Shown: positions 1-9,590, numbered from the stretch's first letter. The stretch: 32,000 nucleotides of DNA from Mycobacterium tuberculosis H37Rv (GCF_000195955.2 NC_000962.3:4140001-4172000), one strand, 5' to 3'. The notes: generated from the letters alone by a model not told the origin. Numbers and translations: made by a program.

Positions 1-242
1 CGCACGTGCGGTCGTGAGGTGAATTGCTCGATGTTTTCGACGGCGACCTCAGGCGCCAGCGGCGCACCCAACAACGTCGGATGGGTGACAACCCGTAGAT
101 AACCCAGCGCGACGGGCCACAATAGATATACCAGCCCTGGCCCAGCCAGGAATCGCTCAACGAGCGTCTTCGCCTTATCGTGAAACGGGCTGGCTCGGTG
201 CGTCGCATGGACCAGAACATCGACGTCAAAGGTTTCGCTCAC
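1..242 (-). CDS. vapC48: VapC-type PIN-domain toxin; only the first ~80 codons are present because the gene runs off the left edge
   Basis: The minus-strand frame starts at GTG 242..240, overlapping the vapB stop (GTGA, 239..242). It reads VSETFDVDVLVHATHRASPFHDKAKTLVERFLAG..., a typical PIN N-terminus with an acidic D-x-D-VL motif. It lies directly downstream of a small antitoxin ORF. The symbol comes from recollection of M. tuberculosis gene order. Confidence 0.8.
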   Translation of the reverse strand, partial: MSETFDVDVLVHATHRASPFHDKAKTLVERFLAGPGLVYLLWPVALGYLRVVTHPTLLGAPLAPEVAVENIEQFTSRPHV

Positions 243-463
243 CCACGGTCCAAAATCGCCCAAACAGCGTCCTTGTCGTCAAGATCCACACGGGGCCGCA
301 AGTCGGCAGTCGACCAGCGGATGTCAACGTTTGGAGGAGGCTCGGCCGCCAGAGCTTGCGCAAGCAATTCGGAGGCGAGCTGCCCTAACGTTTTGCGCTC
401 CTCGCGCTGGCGTCGTTTCAACGCCCGCAGTATGTCGTCATCGAGGTCGATCGTAGTGCGCAT
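239..463 (-). CDS. vapB48: VapB-type antitoxin (74 aa; ribbon-helix-helix/CopG-like N-terminus)
   Basis: The ORF track gives 239..463 on the minus strand: MRTTIDLDDDILRALKRRQREERKTLGQLASELL... The MRTTIDLDD..L motif is the common N-terminus of mycobacterial VapB proteins. There is a 4-nt overlap with the downstream PIN ORF. Confidence 0.85.
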   Translation of the reverse strand: MRTTIDLDDDILRALKRRQREERKTLGQLASELLAQALAAEPPPNVDIRWSTADLRPRVDLDDKDAVWAILDRG

Positions 464-464
464 A

Positions 465-495
465 CATCAGATGCTAACTCGATATGCATCTGATG
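465..495 (-). promoter_or_regulatory. Candidate vapBC promoter and operator: a 10-bp perfect inverted repeat around a TAGCAT -10 box
   Basis: CATCAGATGC (465..474) and GCATCTGATG (486..495) are exact reverse complements. The minus-strand TAGCAT (476..471) ends 7 nt before the vapB ATG (463..461), which is leaderless-promoter geometry. Confidence 0.5.
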
Positions 496-2022
496 CGAAC
501 GATCTCACCCTTCTTGCGCTGCCGGCACGAAACCTGTTGCATCAGCAATGTGGGCGAAGAGGTAACGCGCACCACATATAGCCGCGAACATCAGCGCGAG
601 TACCGGCGCAAGGTGCGGCTGTGCTTGGACGTCTTCGAGACCATGCTTGCGCAGACCAGGTTCGAGGCCGACCGGCCACTCACCGGCATGGAGATCGAAT
701 GCAACCTCGTCGACGCCGACTACCAGCCGGCCATGTCGAACCGCTATGTGCTGGATGCCATCGCCGACCCGGCGTACCAGACCGAATTAGGCGCTTACAA
801 CATCGAATTCAATGTTCCGCCTCGCCCGCTACCGGGACGCACTTGCCTAGAGCTGGAGGACGAAGTCCGCGCCAGCCTCAACGATGCCGAGACCAAGGCC
901 AGCTGCAGCGGAGCTCACATCGTGATGATCGGCATCTTGCCCACACTGATGCCAGAGCATCTGACCGACGGCTGGATGAGCGCATCAGCGCGTTATGCGG
1001 CTCTCAACGAGTCGATTTTCAAGGCCCGCGGCGAGGATATCCCCATCAACATCGCCGGCCCGGAACCGCTGAGCTGCCATGCCGGATCCATCGCACCCGA
1101 ATCCGCTTGCACCAGTGTGCAATTACATTTGCAGCTAGCACCGGCGGATTTTCCGGCTAACTGGAATGCGGCTCAGGTACTGGCCGGACCGCAGTTAGCA
1201 CTAGGTGCCAACTCGCCCTATTTCTTCGGCCACCAGCTGTGGTCGGAAACCCGCATCGAGCTGTTCACACAGTCCACTGATGCCCGTCCCGAGGAGCTGA
1301 AATCGCGAGGGGTGCGCCCCCGGGTATGGTTTGGCGAACGCTGGATCACCTCCGTCCTCGACTTGTTTCAGGAAAACATCCGCTACTTCCCCACCCTGCT
1401 ACCCGAGGTGTCCGACGAGGACCCCCTCGCAGAGCTTTCGGCTGGACGCATCCCACACCTGTCCGAATTGCGGCTGCATAACGGCACGGTGTACCGGTGG
1501 AACCGGCCGGTGTACGACGTGGTCGACGGGCGCCCGCATCTGCGGCTGGAGAACCGGGTGCTACCCGCCGGGCCGACGGTCGTTGACATGCTGGCGAATC
1601 ATGCCTTCTACTACGGCGCACTACGCGGTCTGTCCGAGGCCGACCCCCCATTGTGGACGCAGATGAATTTCGCTGCGGCACAAGCGAATTTCCTGGCAGC
1701 CGCCAGGTACGGCATGGACGCCCAGTTGGATTGGCCGGGCTTGGGCGAGGTGACGACGCGGGAGTTGGTGTTGGGCACGTTGTTGCCAATGGCACACGAG
1801 GGACTGCGGCGGTGGGGTGTCGACGCGGAGGTACGCGACCGGTTCCTGGGTGTCATCGGCGGTCGCGCCCAGACCGGCCGCAACGGCGCGCGCTGGCAGG
1901 TCGCCACCGTGGCGGCCCTACAAGACGGCGGGCTGACCCGGCCCGCGGCACTGGCTGAGATGCTGCGCCGGTACTGCGAGCACATGCACAGCAACGAACC
2001 CGTGCATACCTGGGACACGTAG
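493..2022 (+). CDS. Uncharacterised glutamate-cysteine-ligase family 2 (GCS2)/carboxylate-amine ligase-like protein (Rv3698-like)
   Basis: The ORF track gives 484..2022 on the plus strand, with two in-frame ATGs at 484 and 493, so the start is uncertain. The motif PLTGMEIECNLVD resembles the G-x-E-x-E substrate/metal motif of GCS2 enzymes (compare Egt[11 protein letters not shown] in this window). High third-position GC runs through the whole ORF. Confidence 0.8.
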   Translation: MRTISPFLRCRHETCCISNVGEEVTRTTYSREHQREYRRKVRLCLDVFETMLAQTRFEADRPLTGMEIECNLVDADYQPAMSNRYVLDAIADPAYQTELGAYNIEFNVPPRPLPGRTCLELEDEVRASLNDAETKASCSGAHIVMIGILPTLMPEHLTDGWMSASARYAALNESIFKARGEDIPINIAGPEPLSCHAGSIAPESACTSVQLHLQLAPADFPANWNAAQVLAGPQLALGANSPYFFGHQLWSETRIELFTQSTDARPEELKSRGVRPRVWFGERWITSVLDLFQENIRYFPTLLPEVSDEDPLAELSAGRIPHLSELRLHNGTVYRWNRPVYDVVDGRPHLRLENRVLPAGPTVVDMLANHAFYYGALRGLSEADPPLWTQMNFAAAQANFLAAARYGMDAQLDWPGLGEVTTRELVLGTLLPMAHEGLRRWGVDAEVRDRFLGVIGGRAQTGRNGARWQVATVAALQDGGLTRPAALAEMLRRYCEHMHSNEPVHTWDT

Positions 2023-2043
2023 TCCACGAGTAGGTTGGGAGCC

Positions 2044-2745
2044 ATGACCGACGAGGTAATGGACTGGGACAGCGCCTACCGTGAGCAAGGCGCCTTCGAG
2101 GGGCCGCCGCCGTGGAACATCGGTGAACCCCAGCCTGAGCTGGCAACGCTGATCGCGGCCGGCAAGGTCCGCAGTGACGTGCTAGACGCCGGATGCGGAT
2201 ACGCCGAACTGTCATTGGCCCTTGCCGCCGACGGCTACACCGTGGTCGGCATCGACCTCACGCCCACCGCCGTCGCGGCTGCCACCAAGGCCGCTGAGGA
2301 GCGCGGTTTGACCACGGCCAGCTTCGTGCAGGCCGACATCACGGAGTTCGCGGCTTATCCAGCCGGCTCCGCCGGCCGCTTTTCCACGGTGATCGACAGC
2401 ACCCTGTTTCATTCGCTGCCGGTGGACAGCCGCGACCGCTATCTGAGCTCGGTGCACCGCGCGGCGGCCCCGGGCGCCAGCTATTACGTGCTGGTCTTCG
2501 CCAAGGGCGCCTTCCCCGCCGAGCTGGAAGTCAAGCCAAACGAAGTCGACGAGGACGAGTTGCGTGCCGCGGTGAGCAAATACTGGAAGATCGACGAAAT
2601 CCGGCCCGCCTTCATTCATGTCAATCCGGTCACGATTCCGCCCCAGCTGGCCGGAGCGCCAGTCGAATTCCCGCCATACGATCACGACGAGAAGGGTCGG
2701 GTGAAGTTCCCCGCCTATCTACTCACCGCCCACAAGGCCGGCTGA
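2044..2745 (+). CDS. Class I SAM-dependent methyltransferase (Rv3699-like)
   Basis: The ORF track gives 2035..2745, but 2035 is TTG. The ATG at 2044 is preceded by GGGAG. SAM motif I VLDAGCGYAELSLALAADGYTVVGIDL is present, and the N-terminal W..Y....PPW...P.L arrangement resembles thiol/thiopurine methyltransferases. Confidence 0.85.
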   Translation: MTDEVMDWDSAYREQGAFEGPPPWNIGEPQPELATLIAAGKVRSDVLDAGCGYAELSLALAADGYTVVGIDLTPTAVAAATKAAEERGLTTASFVQADITEFAAYPAGSAGRFSTVIDSTLFHSLPVDSRDRYLSSVHRAAAPGASYYVLVFAKGAFPAELEVKPNEVDEDELRAAVSKYWKIDEIRPAFIHVNPVTIPPQLAGAPVEFPPYDHDEKGRVKFPAYLLTAHKAG

Positions 2746-2747
2746 GG

Positions 2748-3920
2748 CTAACGTTCGCCGCTGGTCGCCGCGGTCGCCGCGACCAACGCCTCGGCGAAGG
2801 CGTCCAGGTCATCGGCGGTGTTGTCCACGTGCGGCGAGATCCGCAGCACCGGCGCCGGCAGTTCCAGCGGTGCCCGCTCCACTCCGGCGTAGGTGGTCAC
2901 GATCCGCCGCTGCGAGAGCAACCAGGCCCGCACCGCTGCCGGGTCGGCGCCGTCGATCGGCGCCAGGGTGGTGATCGCGCTAGGCTCGTCGACCGCTTCG
3001 ACCACCCGCCAACCGGACACATCGGCGAGTACGGTCCTGGCGATGTCGCCCAGCTCAGCCAAGCGTGCCCGAATAGCCTGCGGCCCGCACGCCAGATGCT
3101 CACCGAGTGCGACCGAAAACCCCACTCGCGCAGCTACATTGGCTTCGCCAAATCCGAGTTGTTGGGCCACTGTCAGCGGCGGCATCCAGTCTGGCGCGGG
3201 CAGCCTCGCACGTAACCGCTCCATCAGCTCAGGACGAACCGCCAGCACCCCAACTCCGCGGGGCCCGGCGATCCACTTGCGCGACGAGGCATACGTGACG
3301 TCGGCACCCACCGCACAATCCACGTGGCCCAGGCCCTGCGCGGCATCCACGACCAGCGGCAGTTTCAGCTCGGTGCACAGTTGCGCCACCATCGCCAGCG
3401 GCTGTGCGACGCCACGGTGGCTGGCCACCACGGTCAGGTGCACTAGGTCGGGCGGGTCGTCGGCCAACATGAAGGCCGCGTCGTCGAGCGCTACCCTGCC
3501 GTCCTGCAGAGTTGGTAACGGACGCACGTCGAAGCCATGGGCGGCCATCACAGCCAGGTTCGGCCCGTATTCGCCGGGCAAGCAAGCCAGCGTCCGGTTC
3601 TCCCCAGGCCAGCTGCCCAGCAGCAGATCCAACGCGTGCAGCGAGCCGGTGGTGAACACCACCTCGGCGTCGGGCAGGCCGCTCAGTGCGGCGACCGCCG
3701 CACGTCCGGCGTCGAGCACGGCGGCGGCGGCCTCAGCCGCGACATAACCGCCAACCTCGGCCTCGTGCCGCGCGTGCTGGGCTGCGGCGTCGAGTGCGGC
3801 GAAACTCTGGCGCGAACAGGCCGCGCTGTCCAGGTGTAGCCCCGCGACGGGCGGGCGCGCTGCCCGCCATCGGTCGGCCAGCGAATCGCCGGCGGGGCTG
3901 TTTGCGCCGCTTCTCCTCAT
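2748..3920 (-). CDS. egtE: PLP-dependent C-S lyase of ergothioneine biosynthesis
   Basis: The ORF track gives 2748..3935. The second ATG (3920) has an AGGA Shine-Dalgarno (SD) sequence about 9 nt upstream; the first does not. The fold is class V aminotransferase/cysteine desulfurase-like, with the PLP lysine context [13 protein letters not shown]. It is the last gene of the egt cluster. Confidence 0.9.
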
Positions 3921-3950
3921 CGCTTCGTCCTGCATCGTCGCCGGCGCGGC

Positions 3951-4916
3951 TCACTTGGCGGCCAGCGACAGGCCAAAGTCACCGGCTTCATCGGTCCACC
4001 ATCGGATGCGATGCAGTCCGGCCGCGGCCAACTCGGCACCGACCGCTTGCGGCCGGAACTTGCACGAGACCTCGGTCAACATCTCCTCCCCGGCGTCGAA
4101 GTCGACGGTCAGGTCCAGTGCACCGACCCGTACCCGCTGGCGACCGTCGGCACGCAACCACATCTCAATCCGCTCTTCTGCGCTGTTCCAACGGGCGACG
4201 TGCTGGAAGGCATCGACGTCGAAATCCGCTTCGAGTTCCCGGTTGATCACGGCAAGCACGTTGCGATTGAACTGAGCCGTCACCCCGCCAGGATCGTCGT
4301 AGGCGCGCACCAGCCGGGCCGCGTCCTTGACCAGGTCGGTGCCCAGCAGCAGGCTATCGCCCGGCCGCATTACCCCGGCCAGGGCCGTCAGGAACTGCGC
4401 GCGCGGCCCGGGCGTGAGGTTGCCGATCGTGGACCCCAAGAACACAAACAGGCGCCGTCCTCCCCTGGGAATCTCGGTTAAATGCTCCTCGAAATCCCCA
4501 CAAACAGCGTTGATTTCGACACCACTGTATTCACGCTGAATTGCGGTCGCAGTTGCCGACAGCACGCTGGCGTCGACGTCGAACGGGACGAATCTGCGCA
4601 GCGATCCCCGGTGGCGCAACGCATCCAGCAGCATCCGGGTCTTCTCCGAGGTGCCGCTACCCAACTCGACCAAAGTATCGGCCCGGCAGGCGGAAGCCAC
4701 TTCGGCCGATCTGGCCCGTAGGATTTCGGCCTCGGCTCGGGTCGGGTAGTACTCCGGCAACCGGGTGATCTGATCGAACAGTTCACTACCCACCGTGTCG
4801 TAAAACCACTTGGGCGGTAACGATTTCGGTGTCTTCTGCAGGCCAGAGTACACATCGCGGCGCAACGCCAGATGCCCCGCATCCTCGCCCAGATGGTTGG
4901 CAACCGACACTCTCAT
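3951..4916 (-). CDS. egtD: L-histidine N-alpha-methyltransferase (hercynine synthase)
   Basis: Starts at [14 protein letters not shown]..., with the ATG at 4916..4914 overlapping the egtC stop (ATGA). SAM motif [19 protein letters not shown] is present and the overall sequence looks EgtD-like. The 29-codon upstream extension in the ORF track overlaps egtC and is Gly/Pro/Arg-rich. Confidence 0.95.
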
Positions 4917-5614
4917 CGAGGTCCTTTCGCGCGGTCCAATGCGGTCAGCGTGACACCCTTTTGGGTTACCTCCACCAGGTGGCGGTCCGGCACGTCGCCC
5001 CAACCGGAGTCGTCGTCGTATGGTTCGCTGGCCAGCACCACCCCGTCGGCGCGCCGCAGGATGGACAGCGTGTCTCCCCAGGTGGTCGCGATGAGCCGGG
5101 AACCGTTGGCCGCCAAGATGTTTAGTCGGGCATTTGGGTCGGCCGCGCCGACCTTGACAATGGTGTCTCCCAGAGCGTCCAGACCGTGAGCGAAGATGGT
5201 GGCCGCGAGTATCGCGCTGTCACAGACCGATTCGGCCGCCGGGCCCGCCGGCAACACGGCACGATCAACCACACCGTTGTGCGCTAGCAACCAGTGCCCA
5301 TCGGTGAACGGCGGGGTCGCGCTGACTTCGATCGGCATACCGACAGTCGCCGAGCGCACCGCGGCGAGGATGCAGTGACTACGCAGCGCCGGCGCCACCG
5401 AGTGAAACGACGTGTCCCCCCACAGCGGAGCCGGGCTGCGCCAACGCCGGGGAATGGCACCGTCGAAGAAGCCGACACCCCAACCGTCGGCGTTCATCAG
5501 CCCGTGCTTTTGCCGACGCGGCGCATATGACTGCACCCGCAGACCCTGCGGCGGGTCCAGCACCAACGAAGAAACCGCGACCTGTGCCCCGAGCCACCCC
5601 AGGTGACGACACAT
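4913..5614 (-). CDS. egtC: Class II (Ntn) glutamine amidotransferase-like amidohydrolase of ergothioneine biosynthesis
   Basis: Starts at MCRHLGWLG..., where Cys2 is the expected Ntn nucleophile. The ATG at 5614..5612 shares one base with the egtB stop (5616..5614). Confidence 0.9.
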
Positions 5615-6891
5615 CAGATGTCCCACGCCAACCGGACACCGGCAAAGATCTGGCGGCGATACGGGTGATCCCAGTTGCGGAAGCTGGGCCGCAGGATGGC
5701 CGGCTCCACCGCCCACGAGCCGCCGCGTAGCACGCGATAGTCGCCGCCGAAGAACGGCTGTGAGTACCGCTCATAGACCATCGGGACGAACCCCGGCCAG
5801 GGCCGCAACGGCGAGGTGGTCCACTCCCAGACATCGCCCAGCATCTGCTCGGCCCCGCACGCCGATGCCCCGGCCGGGTAGGCACCCACCGGCGCGGGGC
5901 GCAGCGTTTGACCGCCCAGGTTGGCATAGGTGTCTGTGGGCTCCTCGGTTCCCCACGGGTAGCGGCGGCGGGAACCAGTCGCCGGATCCCACGCGCAAGC
6001 CTTCTCCCACTCCACCTCGGTGGGCAACCGCGCGCCTGCCCAGGCGGCGTACGCCTCGGCCTCAAAGTAGCTGACATGCTGCACCGGCTCATCGGCGGGA
6101 ATGTCCTCGACGTGCCCGAACCGGGTCCGCGTCCGCCCGCCCGACCTCCAGAATTGCGGAGCGGTCAGCCCCGCGCGCTGGCGGTGCTGCCAGCCACGTT
6201 CCGACCACCACCGCGACTGGGTGTAACCGCCGTCGTCGATGAAGTCTTGCCATTCACCGTTGGTGACCGGAACCCGGCCGATCCGGAATGCGGGCACGTC
6301 GACGACGTGAGCCGGACGTTCGTTGTCCAATGAGCACGGTTCGTCCGCGGCGTCCACGCCCAGCACGAACGGGCCGCCGGCTACCAGCACCGACGTTCCG
6401 GCCATCCTCGGCCGTCCGGCGGGCAGGGCGGAAGTCGCGGCCAACAGTGGCGAGCCGGTCCGTAGGTTCAAGGCCTGCAGCATGGTTTCGTCGTGCTGGT
6501 TTTCGTGGCTGATCACCATCGCGAACACGAAGCTGTCGCCGTCTTCAGGTAGAGCGGCAAGGGCATCCAGCGCAGCGGAGCGCACCGTTGCGCAGTAGGA
6601 CCGCGCCCGCGCCGGGGACAGCAACGGCAGTTCCACGCGACTGGCGCGGGAATGCTCGAAGGCGTCGTAGAGACCCTCGACCGCCGGCGGCAAAAGCCCG
6701 GGCTGGCCTGGGTCGCCGCCGCGTAGCAGCCACAACTCCTCCTGCTGACCGATGTGTGCCAGGTCCCACACCAGCGGGCTCATCAACGGGTCATACTGGC
6801 AGCAAAGCTCGGCATCGTCGAAGTCGACCAGCCGCAACGTCCGCGCCCGCGCCCGCGCCAGATGACAAGCCAGCTGCTCGGGTGAAGTCAC
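5614..6891 (-). CDS. egtB: Hercynine/gamma-glutamylcysteine sulfoxide synthase (DinB-like N-terminal domain plus FGE-sulfatase-like C-terminal domain)
   Basis: GTG at 6891..6889 overlaps the egtA stop (GTGA). C-terminal motifs GDVWEWT and LRGGSW are typical of FGE-like/EgtB proteins. The N-terminal HIGQQEELW region looks DinB-like. Confidence 0.9.
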   Translation of the reverse strand: MTSPEQLACHLARARARTLRLVDFDDAELCCQYDPLMSPLVWDLAHIGQQEELWLLRGGDPGQPGLLPPAVEGLYDAFEHSRASRVELPLLSPARARSYCATVRSAALDALAALPEDGDSFVFAMVISHENQHDETMLQALNLRTGSPLLAATSALPAGRPRMAGTSVLVAGGPFVLGVDAADEPCSLDNERPAHVVDVPAFRIGRVPVTNGEWQDFIDDGGYTQSRWWSERGWQHRQRAGLTAPQFWRSGGRTRTRFGHVEDIPADEPVQHVSYFEAEAYAAWAGARLPTEVEWEKACAWDPATGSRRRYPWGTEEPTDTYANLGGQTLRPAPVGAYPAGASACGAEQMLGDVWEWTTSPLRPWPGFVPMVYERYSQPFFGGDYRVLRGGSWAVEPAILRPSFRNWDHPYRRQIFAGVRLAWDI

Positions 6892-8186
6892 GACGCCCCG
6901 TGCATCATCCCGGTGACGGCTGACGCGATGCCGCCCGCGATCACCCGGTCGGAGAAATCGTCTGCCGGGCAAACACCCCTGTCGACGTGGTCCACCAACC
7001 GCTGCATCGCGCCGATGAGTTCAGTCGGTACCCGCCGCGCGGCGATGGCCAGGCATCTGTTGGCTGCCAGGTAGAGCCGCCGGTCGGCCAGGCCGATCCG
7101 GGCCGCGGTGTCCCAGGCCGTGGCCACCGGTTCGACCGCGTCGACCGCCAAATCTGCCGCCACCGGGTCGTCGAGCAGCGTCACCAAGGTGAACACCACC
7201 GCGGGCCACACCTCGTCGGGCACGCTGTCGAGGTAGCGAATTTCCAGCCATTGCCGAGGACGCACCGGCGGGAACAACGTTGTCAGGTGGTAAACCAGGT
7301 CGGCGACGGTAGCGCGGCGACCGTCCAGCAGCACCCGACCGTCAACCCAGTCGGTGAAGGGCACGTAGTCCGTCACCGCACGGGTGTCTTGAGTGTCCGG
7401 GCTTCGCACCATCATCACCGGCGCCTTCAAGGCATACTTAGCCCAGTCGATGCCGGGGTGGTCGCCACTGGCACCAAGAATGGGGCCGCAGCGCGCGGAG
7501 TCCATCTGGCCCCACACCCGCTGCCGGGTGGACTGCCAGCCGGAAAACCGGCCGCCCAGCATCGGGGAGTTGGCGGCAATCGCGATCATCGTCGGCCCCA
7601 AGGCGTGCGCCAGGCGGACTCGCTCAGCCCATCCTTCCTGCGGTCCGGCATCCAGATTGACCTGGATCGCGGCTGTCGAGGTCATCATCGCCGCACCCGG
7701 CACTCCGCTATGGCTGGCGGCGAAAAACTGCTCCATGGCCCGATAGCGTGCGCCCGGATTGACCCGCACCGGCGACCGCAGCGGGTCTGCACCCAGGAAG
7801 ACCAAACCCAGCCCGGCATTGGCAAGCGCCGACCGTAGCACCGCCTGATCGCGCGTCATGGCACCGATGGCTGCCAGCACGCCGTCGGCGGGCGGTCCGG
7901 ACAGTTCGACGGCACCACCGGGCTCCACGCTGACCACGCTGCCGCCCGGCAGCGGACTGAGCCATTCGAGAACCTCGGTGATCTCTTCCCAGCTGGGCCG
8001 GCGAAACGGATCGGCCGGGTCGAAGCAGTGCGCCTCCATCTCCAGACCGACGCGTCCCAACGGACCATCGACGAGGCAGCCGTCCGCGATGTATTCCGCG
8101 GCGGCCGATGAATCGGTGATCTCGACGTCGTCCGGGGCAGCGTTATCCAGCTGCGAGGCCGCGGCGGTCATGGCGGCAAGCGTCAT
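6888..8186 (-). CDS. egtA: Glutamate-cysteine ligase (GCS2 family) supplying gamma-Glu-Cys to EgtB
   Basis: The ATG at 8186 ([13 protein letters not shown]...) has a GGAGGGA SD sequence 9 nt upstream. GCS2 motif [13 protein letters not shown] is present. It is the first gene of the egt operon. Confidence 0.9.
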   Translation of the reverse strand: MTLAAMTAAASQLDNAAPDDVEITDSSAAAEYIADGCLVDGPLGRVGLEMEAHCFDPADPFRRPSWEEITEVLEWLSPLPGGSVVSVEPGGAVELSGPPADGVLAAIGAMTRDQAVLRSALANAGLGLVFLGADPLRSPVRVNPGARYRAMEQFFAASHSGVPGAAMMTSTAAIQVNLDAGPQEGWAERVRLAHALGPTMIAIAANSPMLGGRFSGWQSTRQRVWGQMDSARCGPILGASGDHPGIDWAKYALKAPVMMVRSPDTQDTRAVTDYVPFTDWVDGRVLLDGRRATVADLVYHLTTLFPPVRPRQWLEIRYLDSVPDEVWPAVVFTLVTLLDDPVAADLAVDAVEPVATAWDTAARIGLADRRLYLAANRCLAIAARRVPTELIGAMQRLVDHVDRGVCPADDFSDRVIAGGIASAVTGMMHGAS

Positions 8187-8317
8187 ATCACGATCCCTCC
8201 GGGCCCGGCGCATGCCTAAAACATGCCCTGCGGACCGTTGGTTGCGCAGCTACCAGAACGATAGCCGCCACCGGTTTATCCTGCCGACCGCCCCGCCGCG
8301 CGAATGAACTGGCCAAC

Positions 8318-8962
8318 TCAGCCCAGTGTGTTCTGCATTGCCCCGGCCAGCACGTTGACCGCGGGACCGGCGTTGCCGGACTGACAGACCTTGGCCTGCA
8401 GCAATACGTTTTCGCGCAGCCTGGTTTGAACAAAGCATCGTCGATCGGTGCCGGCCTCTTGTTTGGTCCAGGCCTCGTCGGTGCCGGTCGACGGCCCACC
8501 GGCGAACGACCACACCTGCGTCGTCCCGTCGTCCAGGTGGATCGCGGTGGTCTGCCCCGAGCAGCCCACGGTTCGGTCGACAACGCGGTGAAACGCCCGG
8601 TCTGCGGCATCGTTGCTGGCGAATACCCCAACCGCCTGCTTGACCAGGTGGGTTTGGTCGGTGGCGGACGTCTGCGTGGTAGCGCCGTTGAACGACGCCA
8701 GGTCGGGATCGTCGTACACCTCGGGCAGCCCGATGTCCACCCAGTTGTTGCACGCCGGTAGTTCGACCCAAAACGCCTGGAACGGCCTGGTGAACACCGC
8801 CTCCCACCCCATTGGGGCGCCGACGATGTTGCCGACCGACCCCTTTCCGAGCACCGCGTAGGACACAACCCCGGGCTCCGACGGGTGTGCGTCGGCAACA
8901 GGTACCGCGAACCCTGCTATGACGGCTAGACCGATGCTCACCACCGCGGCGGCGATTCGCAT
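8318..8962 (-). CDS. Secreted protein with a PknH-like extracellular sensor-type domain (Rv3705c-like)
   Basis: The ORF track gives 214 aa. A Sec signal is present (MRIAAAVVSIGLAVIAGFAVPVADA/HPSEP). Four Cys residues are spaced as in PknH_C-type domains. The family assignment is from memory. Confidence 0.8.
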   Translation of the reverse strand: MRIAAAVVSIGLAVIAGFAVPVADAHPSEPGVVSYAVLGKGSVGNIVGAPMGWEAVFTRPFQAFWVELPACNNWVDIGLPEVYDDPDLASFNGATTQTSATDQTHLVKQAVGVFASNDAADRAFHRVVDRTVGCSGQTTAIHLDDGTTQVWSFAGGPSTGTDEAWTKQEAGTDRRCFVQTRLRENVLLQAKVCQSGNAGPAVNVLAGAMQNTLG

Positions 8963-9044
8963 GGAGCTAGACCTTGGCCGAGATGTCGACGTCGATGTTG
9001 CCCATGGGTCACGATCATGCCAACATGGCCGACCAAACAGAAGG

Positions 9045-9073
9045 CCCTTTTCTTGAACGAGTCAAGAAAAGGG
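9045..9073 (-). terminator. Candidate intrinsic terminator downstream of the 129-aa Pro-rich gene
   Basis: A perfect 12-bp stem CCCTTTTCTTGA / TCAAGAAAAGGG has a 5-nt loop. On the minus-strand RNA it lies 18 nt after the stop at 9091 and is followed by CCUUCUGUUUGG. The stem is AT-rich, which is unusual in this GC-rich context. Confidence 0.45.
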
Positions 9074-9090
9074 GCTGGTGCGCCCGGCCG

Positions 9091-9480
9091 CTAGGGGCGC
9101 GCCGGCGCGGTGGTGGGACCCGGACCAGTCGGACCAACAGCCGGGCCACCCGGGCCTCCAGGGAAACCGGGGCCCATGCCTGGGGGAGGGGGTCCGCCGG
9201 GGAACCCGAACACCCATCCCATCCCTGGACCGGGGGCAACGGGACCGACGGGGCGGAACATGCCGTGGTGGTAATAGCGGTGGTAAGGGCATTTCCCCTG
9301 CCCGAGAACCAACGCGCCAGAGAAGAAGATGACTGCGACGGTGAAAACAATTCCGGCCACGATCACCACCCACGCTGCGGCCCGGTAGAGCCTGGGCGGC
9401 TTTTCCTGCTGCGGCGATGGCGGCGGTGAAGTTGTGGCGGCGGACGGCGGTGGCGCTGCGGGTTGGGGTGTCTCGGTCAT
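9091..9480 (-). CDS. Proline/glycine/histidine-rich single-pass membrane protein (Rv3705A-like, 129 aa)
   Basis: This is the internal ATG (9480..9478) of the 247-aa ORF 9091..9834. It reads MTETPQPAAPPPS...LYRAAAWVVIVAGIVFTVAVIFFSGALVLG (transmembrane helix), then CPYHRYYHHGMF, then a Gly/Pro tail. It is a paralogue of the next gene. Confidence 0.75.
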   Translation of the reverse strand: MTETPQPAAPPPSAATTSPPPSPQQEKPPRLYRAAAWVVIVAGIVFTVAVIFFSGALVLGQGKCPYHRYYHHGMFRPVGPVAPGPGMGWVFGFPGGPPPPGMGPGFPGGPGGPAVGPTGPGPTTAPARP

Positions 9481-9547
9481 CTTTTGAATATCGCTCGGCC
9501 GGCAACCACCGTAAAGGGTTGCGGTTACAAACGTGCCATGAACTGGT

Positions 9548-9580
9548 GCAGCCCGGTGCCTTGGGTGGACACCGGGCTGC
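9548..9580 (-). terminator. Stem-loop directly after the upstream paralogue's stop (terminator-like, no U tail)
   Basis: An 11-bp perfect stem GCAGCCCGGTG (9548..9558) / CACCGGGCTGC (9570..9580) has an 11-nt loop. It begins 10 nt after the stop at 9591 on the minus strand. Confidence 0.35.
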
Positions 9581-9590
9581 TGGTTGTCGG

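Noticed and set aside
180-581. 133-aa plus-strand ORF overlapping vapC48 and vapB48 in antisense
   Set aside because: It is Arg/Ser-rich with no recognisable fold. It lies opposite two ORFs that have clear family signatures, which is typical of a high-GC antisense open frame.
5379-6092. 237-aa minus-strand ORF in an alternative frame across egtC/egtB, plus similar ORFs at 3686..4246, 5908..6333 and 6987..7838
   Set aside because: Their composition is dominated by Arg, Pro, Gly and Ala, and they overlap genes with strong motif support. They are GC-driven frames that happen to lack stop codons.
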